Source: Polyangiaceae bacterium
GTDB lineage: Bacteria; Myxococcota_A; Polyangia; Polyangiales; Polyangiaceae
Direction: 5' to 3'
Assembly (NCBI GenBank): GCA_044222475.1
Contig: JBGANF010000128.1
Span: 1-22,503, forward strand
Length of the DNA stretch: 22,503 nucleotides
A program made the translations under genes and the position numbers. Shown here in pieces: positions 16,920 through 22,503 of this stretch. Positions within the stretch are counted from its first letter, which is position 1. Each line of letters opens with the position of its first letter. A model generated the notes under the pieces. It searched no databases. It was not told the origin of the DNA and worked only from the letters and a program-made list of their open reading frames with translations.

Positions 16920-17825
16920 TCATGGCCTGAGCGTACCCGACGTCGCATCGACGTGCACCACGCCGCGTGCCGTCACCACGGCGTCGCGGAGAGGCGCGTG
17001 GGCCCGCGCTCCGGGCCACACGACGCAGCGAGTCAGAGCGCCGTCGCCGACGGCTTCGGCACCGGGGCCGACCACCGTGTCCTCCAGCGCGCACGTCACG
17101 CGCGCCGTCGGGTGGGCGAACGCCTTCGCTCCGCGGGCCTTCAGCCACGCCACGTTCGCGGCGAGGTAGGCGTCGAGCGTGCCGACGTCCACGAACGGAA
17201 TGTCCGTGCATACTGCACGCACCTGCGCTCCGCGGCGGAGCGCAGGGAGATACCCGTCGCCGACCAGGCACCCGCGCTCCGGGAGAATGGCGCGGAGCTC
17301 GGCCGACACGAGGTGGATGCCCAGGAACTCTCCGCCGATCTCCTCCTCGGCGAACGACTCGCGCCGAAGCCGCACGACGCGCCCGTCGCCGAGCAGACCG
17401 ACGTTCCCCTCGCCCTTCGCCCGCGGACGAACGAGCAGGACCCCCACCGCGGCGCCGGCGTCCGCTCCGAGCAGGCGCGCCTCGAACGCGGGTGCGTAGA
17501 TGTCGCCGTTGTAGACGAGCACGTCCCCCTCCCCGAGCAGCTCGCCGGCGCGCCGCAGGCCACCGGCCGTCCCGAGGAGCTCGGCCTCCTCGGAGACGGC
17601 GACGCCGTTGGCGGTGCAGAACGAGACGACGTCGGCCGCGCGGTGGTGGGCGTTCGCGACGATGCGGGGCACCCCGGAGCTCCTCAGGCCACGGATCACG
17701 TGCCCGAGCAGAGGCTCGTCGCCGATCGGGACGAGCGGCTTCGCCAGCTCGTCGGTCAGCGGGCGGAGCCGCGTCCCGAGGCCGGCCGCGAGGACGAGCG
17801 CCGGAGGCCGTGTCGAATCGCGCAC
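16920..17825 (-). CDS. Sugar-phosphate nucleotidyltransferase (mannose-1-P guanylyltransferase/MurU-like) with a short left-handed beta-helix tail
   Basis: LVLAAGLGTRLRPLTDELAKPLVPIG, ELLGTAGGL, VYNGD and DVGTLDAYL, with hexapeptide-like C-terminal repeats. Start is 17825 or 17831 (both GTG). Confidence 0.88.
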   Translation of the reverse strand: MRDSTRPPALVLAAGLGTRLRPLTDELAKPLVPIGDEPLLGHVIRGLRSSGVPRIVANAHHRAADVVSFCTANGVAVSEEAELLGTAGGLRRAGELLGEGDVLVYNGDIYAPAFEARLLGADAGAAVGVLLVRPRAKGEGNVGLLGDGRVVRLRRESFAEEEIGGEFLGIHLVSAELRAILPERGCLVGDGYLPALRRGAQVRAVCTDIPFVDVGTLDAYLAANVAWLKARGAKAFAHPTARVTCALEDTVVGPGAEAVGDGALTRCVVWPGARAHAPLRDAVVTARGVVHVDATSGTLRP

Positions 17826-17905
17826 GACCACGTCGTAGCACCCCGGGTTCGAGGGCTGAAAGAATCTTGGCCCACTTCGCGACCGCGTAGTAGCGAACGT
17901 CGACG

Positions 17906-18331
17906 ATGCAGAAGCGTATCGCTCAGCTCGCCGCGGCCGCCGCCGCCACCGTCGCGATCGCCCTCGCCTCCGCGTGCGCGAACGATGGCTATGGCACCGA
18001 GGCCTGCCGGCAGATCGAGGCGGAGCGCTGCCGCTTCGTGGTCGCCTGCAACATCGGCGTCGGCGTCCGCCGCGACAACGAGTCGAGCCCGGTCGACGAC
18101 TGCGTTCGCTACTACCGCGACTCGTGCATGCACGGCATGACGTACGCGACGCAGGAGCCCACCGACACGCAGACCGCCAACTGCGTGGCGGCGATCCACA
18201 ACGCGACGAGCTGCGACATCATCTTCAAGCCCGAGAACGATCCCGCGTGCTCGTGGCTCAAGCCGGCCACCGATGGTGGGACCGACGCGGACGCAGCCGT
18301 CGAGGCCGCCTCCGACGCGACGGGCCAGTGA
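17906..18331 (+). CDS. Small Cys-rich lipoprotein (141 aa)
   Basis: Lipobox ASAC, eight further Cys and an acidic DGG/DA tail. Its stop codon abuts that of the convergent gene (TGATCA). Confidence 0.85.
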   Translation: MQKRIAQLAAAAAATVAIALASACANDGYGTEACRQIEAERCRFVVACNIGVGVRRDNESSPVDDCVRYYRDSCMHGMTYATQEPTDTQTANCVAAIHNATSCDIIFKPENDPACSWLKPATDGGTDADAAVEAASDATGQ

Positions 18332-19477
18332 TCAGTCGTCGCCTTCGACGGCGGTGAACGGGATCTTGATGCGCTCGGCGTGAACGTGATCGCCGAGCTC
18401 GACGCGCCAGAACGACGGGCCGTCGCCGCTGCGGCAACCGAGGGTCAGCGACGGCGCGGACAACAGTCGGAAGGTCGAGCCCGCCGGTTGCCGCTCCTCG
18501 CTCACGTGGCGATGACCGTGCATCACCAGCGTCACGCCGATGCGATCGAACACCGCAGCCGCCTCGCGCGCGTCGTCGAGGCGCATGCCGATCTCGCTCG
18601 GGGCCCGCTTTCCGACGCCGTGAGGCAGCGGCACGACGTGGTGATGAAGGAGGACGACGCGATGCTTGGCGCGCTTCCACGCGTCGCGCTCGGACATCGC
18701 GACGAGGAGCGTCAGCTGTTCCTCCCCGATCGCACCGTTGTGGCGAAAGAACCGGCGTTGTCCGCGCGCGCAGCTGTCGAGCCCGACGAGGACGACCTTC
18801 GCCGCGGGGACCTCGGCGAGCCACGCGCCCGGCCCCTCGAGGACGAGCCCGAGGGACTTCGCGTAGGCCTGCCACGACGCCTGCTTCGTCTCCACCGTCG
18901 GCTTGGGCCGCACGCTGCTCCCGATCGGGAACACGTAGCGATCGTGGTTTCCCGGGACCGCGTACACGCGCCCGTGGAACTTGGCGAACGCGGCCTGGAC
19001 GATCTCGTACCCGTCGCCGTCGTCGGTGAGATCGCCGGTGATCGCGATCGCGTCGACCGAGCTGCGTTCCACGACGCGAGCGGCGCGCAGGAGACGCACG
19101 TTCGAGTTCTTCGGCGTCGCCTCGGCGAGGATCGCGAGCGCGCCGTCGGAGGGCGGCGCGGCCGCGAGCGTCTTCGCACGACGCACCTCGAGCTGACACG
19201 CCTTCGCCGCCGCGCGCTCCAGCGGATCGAACAAGGTCGGGTGGTCCTTTCGCGCCGGCGCGGCGTGAGCGTAACCGTCGGGATCGACGATGGTGAGCTT
19301 CTTCCCGCGCTTCTCCCGGAGGACGCGCCAGCCCGCCTCGGCCCACGTGACGTCGTACGCGTGAGGGCTCGCGTCCGCGACGAACGCGCTGCGCTTCACC
19401 AGCCGCGCGCTGTCGTGGAAGGTGTCACCGAAGGTGGACGCGTGGAGGTCGGAGACGTGCGCGAGCGTGAAGGGCAC
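18332..19477 (-). CDS. Calcineurin-like metallophosphoesterase (CpdA/Icc-like) with a large insertion
   Basis: All five motifs are present: SDLH, TGDLTD, PGNHD, LHHH and HGHRH. Confidence 0.9.
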   Translation of the reverse strand: MPFTLAHVSDLHASTFGDTFHDSARLVKRSAFVADASPHAYDVTWAEAGWRVLREKRGKKLTIVDPDGYAHAAPARKDHPTLFDPLERAAAKACQLEVRRAKTLAAAPPSDGALAILAEATPKNSNVRLLRAARVVERSSVDAIAITGDLTDDGDGYEIVQAAFAKFHGRVYAVPGNHDRYVFPIGSSVRPKPTVETKQASWQAYAKSLGLVLEGPGAWLAEVPAAKVVLVGLDSCARGQRRFFRHNGAIGEEQLTLLVAMSERDAWKRAKHRVVLLHHHVVPLPHGVGKRAPSEIGMRLDDAREAAAVFDRIGVTLVMHGHRHVSEERQPAGSTFRLLSAPSLTLGCRSGDGPSFWRVELGDHVHAERIKIPFTAVEGDD

Positions 19478-19954
19478 TCACATGCCCGCGAGGATCTTGA
19501 ACCCTTCGCCGTCGGGCACGAGGTCGAGCTGGTTGTCGGCGATGGTGTGGTGCCACTCGCCGCGCTCGGTCTCGGTCGTCCCCGTTCGGTAACTCGCGGA
19601 GTAGCGGTAGTTCACGAGGATGTGGTTGTTCTCGGTGAAGATCACCTTCTGGTACCGGATCTCGTAGCGGATCTGCGAGGTCTTCGCGAAGAGGCCGGCG
19701 AGGGTGTCCTTGAGCGAGTCGTAGTCGGTGTCGTCCGCGCCCGAGGGCGTCGCGTGATCGTCGTGGTAGCGCGGGCTCACGAGAGCGAGCACCTTGGCGA
19801 CGTTCTTGTCTTCCATCGCGTGGCGGTACTCTTCGCAGAACGCGATCACCTTCCGGTTCGTCCCGTTGTCGGGCACGTCGGTGTTGGGGATCAGCGTGTT
19901 CGCGCACGACGAGACCGCGAGCGGCAGGGCGAGGAGAAGGAGGGCTTTGCGCAT
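19478..19954 (-). CDS. Lipoprotein with NTF2/SnoaL-like domain (158 aa)
   Basis: Lipobox VSSC. VIAFCEEYRHAMEDKNVAKVLALVSPRYHD is followed by alternating beta-strands. The stop is directly adjacent to the phosphoesterase ATG. Confidence 0.85.
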   Translation of the reverse strand: MRKALLLLALPLAVSSCANTLIPNTDVPDNGTNRKVIAFCEEYRHAMEDKNVAKVLALVSPRYHDDHATPSGADDTDYDSLKDTLAGLFAKTSQIRYEIRYQKVIFTENNHILVNYRYSASYRTGTTETERGEWHHTIADNQLDLVPDGEGFKILAGM

Positions 19955-20001
19955 CGTGCTTCCCGTGAGCGGAACCCCGCCGACGACTGCGGGATTCCCA
20001 A

Positions 20002-20030
20002 TCCTTAACTGCCGCAGAGCACACCGTCAA
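20002..20030 (-). promoter_or_regulatory. Candidate sigma70 promoter for the lipoprotein-phosphoesterase pair
   Basis: Minus strand TTGACG-17 nt-TAAGGA. The -35 box is good and the -10 box is imperfect. Confidence 0.35.
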
Positions 20031-20086
20031 CTTTCGTCACGATGCGTAGTTCGGGCTCGATTTCTGCCATTTTGGCAGTGCGATCT

Positions 20087-21997
20087 TCAACGTTCGAGCA
20101 GCACGAAACCCGCGCCGCCGAGCGGGGTTCGAACGAGAATCGACGGCATCACCGGCATGAGCAGCGGGAGCAGCGACTCGTGACCGGCGGCGAGTGGCGT
20201 GTCGGGCGTGGCGCCGCGCGAGCTCACCCACGCCTCCACGAGGCGGCGCGTCCCCTCTCCTTCGCGCGCGCTCGACACGAGCATCGCGACCGCACCGGTG
20301 CGCGGGAGCGGCCAGCCGGTGGCGGTCGCCGAGGCGGTTGCGGCGGGTCCCGGAGCGTCGACGGCGACGACGACGATGCGATCGCAGTGACTCCCGCGCA
20401 CGAGATCAGCGGCGACGGCGAGCGCCTCGATGGCGCCGTCGAGGCCGACGCCGACCGCGAGGTTCGGCCCGGTGAGCTTGAAGGCGAGGCTGCACTCGCC
20501 TGCGACGCCGTTGGGTGACGTGTACGGGAACCGCCGAGGCTCCACGAGTCGTGCCCCGCGATCGAGGATGCGACGGTTGTACTGCTCGTTCACGTCGAGC
20601 GTGGCGTACGAGTGACCGACGACGATGCCGGCGCCCGAGAGATCGATCCCGAGGCCACGCAGCTCCGCGAGCGCCCCGAGCGCGAGGAAGCACGGCGCGT
20701 CGGCGCGTGCGAGCTTCTCCGCGGGCTGACCCACGAGGGCGGCGAGATCGGCGACCCGCGGTACCGCATCCAGCGCCACCGCGCGCGACACGAACACGTC
20801 GCGTGAATCCGGGAGCGGCGTACGCAGCGGCCTGCTCGACCAGACGATCGACGCGTTCGATCCGCCGAACGCGGCGGAGAGCTTCAGCGCGGCGTCGATC
20901 GATCGCCGCTCCGCGACTGGGAGAAGCGTCGCCGGGGCGTCGGGATCGCGTTCGCCCTCGCACACCGACGCGGGGACCACTCCGCGCTCGATGGCGTCGA
21001 TCGCGGCGAGTGACTCGAGCGCTCCCGCGGCACCGAGGGTGTGCCCGATCTGCGCCTTGAACGGATGCACGACGACGGGATGCGGAACCACGCGCGCGAT
21101 GGCCCGAGACTCCGCCGCGTCGTTGAACGGCGTCGCGGTGCCGTGCGCGCTGACGAGCTCGACGGCGTCGAGAGGCGCATCCCCGAGGGCGGCGAGCGCA
21201 GCGCGCGTCAGGCCGTCGCCGGTGCGATCGGGGGCCGTCACGTGGACGGCGTCGCCGCTCGCGCCGAACCCATCGAGGTAGATGCGCGCGGTCTTGCGTA
21301 TGCCGTCGGCATCCGCTTCGCGCATCAGCGCGAGGAGCGCGGCGCCTTCGCCGAGCACCATGCCGTCGCGCGTCTTCGCGAACGGCCTCGACGGAAGCGA
21401 CGCGGTCGTCGCGCGGAGCGCCTCGAAGCCGGACGCGACGAACACGCTCACCGCGTCGAACCCTCCGGCGATCGCGACGTCGCAAGCCCCCGCTCGGAGC
21501 CACGCCTGCGCGACCCCCAGGGCGATCGTCGAGGCCGCGCACGCCGTGAGGACCAGCGTGAAGGGCTTCGCGTCGAAGGGCTGCTCGGCGAGCACTGCGT
21601 CGACCGGCGAGAAATACTGGGCGTCTCGCGCGAGCGCGGCGGACGGTGCGCCATCGTCATGAAGGACTCGAAACAGCTCCTCCGCGGAGCGCATGCCGCC
21701 GCTCGACGTCGCGAGCGCGACGCCGACGCGGCGATCGGCCCATCCCGGCGACTCTCGGTCGAGACTCGCTCGAAGGTCGACGAACGCGGCGCGAAGGAGC
21801 GACGTCGCGCGGTCGCCCAGCGCCGGCAGTCCGGCGACGCGCGCGGCGAACGGTCGCGCGAGCCCGGCGCTCGAGAGCTCCTCGTCGACGACGGTCGCGA
21901 TGCGTGCGCTCTCCCCGGCCTCGCCCGCCGACGCCGCGAGCGATCCTCGACCGAGGCCGGACAACGCCGCACGAGCGACGAGGACGACGCGACTCAT
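20087..21997 (-). CDS. Beta-ketoacyl-ACP synthase (FabF/ApeO-like) fused to a C-terminal inactive KS/CLF-like domain
   Basis: Catalytic triad TACAAS (Cys153), SAHGTATPFND and KAQIGHTLGAAG, plus AFGGSN. A second domain from about aa 400 has PRRFPYTSPNGVAGECSLAFKLTGPNLAV but no catalytic Cys. Confidence 0.9.
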   Translation of the reverse strand: MSRVVLVARAALSGLGRGSLAASAGEAGESARIATVVDEELSSAGLARPFAARVAGLPALGDRATSLLRAAFVDLRASLDRESPGWADRRVGVALATSSGGMRSAEELFRVLHDDGAPSAALARDAQYFSPVDAVLAEQPFDAKPFTLVLTACAASTIALGVAQAWLRAGACDVAIAGGFDAVSVFVASGFEALRATTASLPSRPFAKTRDGMVLGEGAALLALMREADADGIRKTARIYLDGFGASGDAVHVTAPDRTGDGLTRAALAALGDAPLDAVELVSAHGTATPFNDAAESRAIARVVPHPVVVHPFKAQIGHTLGAAGALESLAAIDAIERGVVPASVCEGERDPDAPATLLPVAERRSIDAALKLSAAFGGSNASIVWSSRPLRTPLPDSRDVFVSRAVALDAVPRVADLAALVGQPAEKLARADAPCFLALGALAELRGLGIDLSGAGIVVGHSYATLDVNEQYNRRILDRGARLVEPRRFPYTSPNGVAGECSLAFKLTGPNLAVGVGLDGAIEALAVAADLVRGSHCDRIVVVAVDAPGPAATASATATGWPLPRTGAVAMLVSSAREGEGTRRLVEAWVSSRGATPDTPLAAGHESLLPLLMPVMPSILVRTPLGGAGFVLLER

Positions 21998-22503
21998 GGC
22001 GCCTTCACGACGTCGGGATCGACGAACGCGTCCGGGTCCGGTGCGGACTCACCGACTTCGTCGACCGTCACCTCGACGGTGAGACCCGTCGTCAGGTTGC
22101 GGTAGCTCGCGCGGTCGCCGGCGCCGTGCTTGCCATCGGCGCGCCCACGAAAGCCGAGGAGCTCGATCACCGTGCCGTGGCGGCGGCGCGCCACGACGAG
22201 CCGGGCACCGTCTTCCGTCCGATCGTCGATCGACACGATGCCGGAGCCGTCGTCGAGGACGAAGTCTCGTCCCACGATGGTACGAAGGCGACCTTCGTAC
22301 GGGGCGAGGAACCACCACCGGAAAAAGCCGATCGGCAGCGTCGATTCGGCGTCCTTCCCGCCGCGTCGCACCAGCCCGACCGGCGGGATCGCGAATCGAT
22401 ACGCGTCCGGCGTCACCCACGCGTCGAGCGCCGTCGTTCCGCCGGGCCCGACGAGGATCATTCGCATCGCCTTGTTCGGGGACACCGCGATGGCGCCGCG
22501 CCC
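21994..22503 (-). CDS. Hypothetical protein, C-terminal part (5' end outside the window); possibly LolB/DUF3261-like
   Basis: The frame is open to the right edge (GRGAIAVSPNKAMRMILVGPGGTTALDAWV...). Its TGA overlaps the KS ATG (ATGA). Confidence 0.75.
   Translation of the reverse strand, partial: GRGAIAVSPNKAMRMILVGPGGTTALDAWVTPDAYRFAIPPVGLVRRGGKDAESTLPIGFFRWWFLAPYEGRLRTIVGRDFVLDDGSGIVSIDDRTEDGARLVVARRRHGTVIELLGFRGRADGKHGAGDRASYRNLTTGLTVEVTVDEVGESAPDPDAFVDPDVVKAP

Noticed and set aside
16920..17825. Calling the nucleotidyltransferase murU
   Set aside because: No adjacent amgK-like kinase is present and it has a beta-helix tail, so the substrate cannot be assigned.
14291..18140. Long plus-strand ORFs 14291-16930 and 15888-18140
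   Set aside because: They are shadow frames of the Kelch-like, TIGR03790-like and nucleotidyltransferase genes.

Overview
This is a gene-dense, very GC-rich bacterial window that looks like core chromosome of a myxobacterium (Polyangiales/Labilithrix-like). That assignment is inferred from a MYXO-CTERM tail, an FHA-sigma54 activator and many Cys-rich lipoproteins. Housekeeping genes are dnaE (5' part), coaE, argS, pabB and a SPOR/FtsN-like gene. They are interleaved with envelope genes (at least five lipoproteins and a TIGR03790-like MYXO-CTERM protein), a Tat-exported GMC flavoprotein pair, a nucleotidyltransferase, a metallophosphoesterase and the 3' end of a type II KS operon. I see no tRNA, rRNA, CRISPR, transposase or prophage. 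The most notable observations are: (1) ArgRS whose HIGH motif reads TIAA; (2) a class II glutamine amidotransferase with Cys1 replaced by Ala, in a co-oriented block with SPOR, an unannotated 55-aa membrane peptide and an NTF2-like lipoprotein; (3) a single-chain KS plus CLF-like fusion; (4) a ~109-bp palindrome with 9-nt periodicity; (5) repeated leaderless-type promoter geometry. All calls come from reading motifs by eye; no searches were run.
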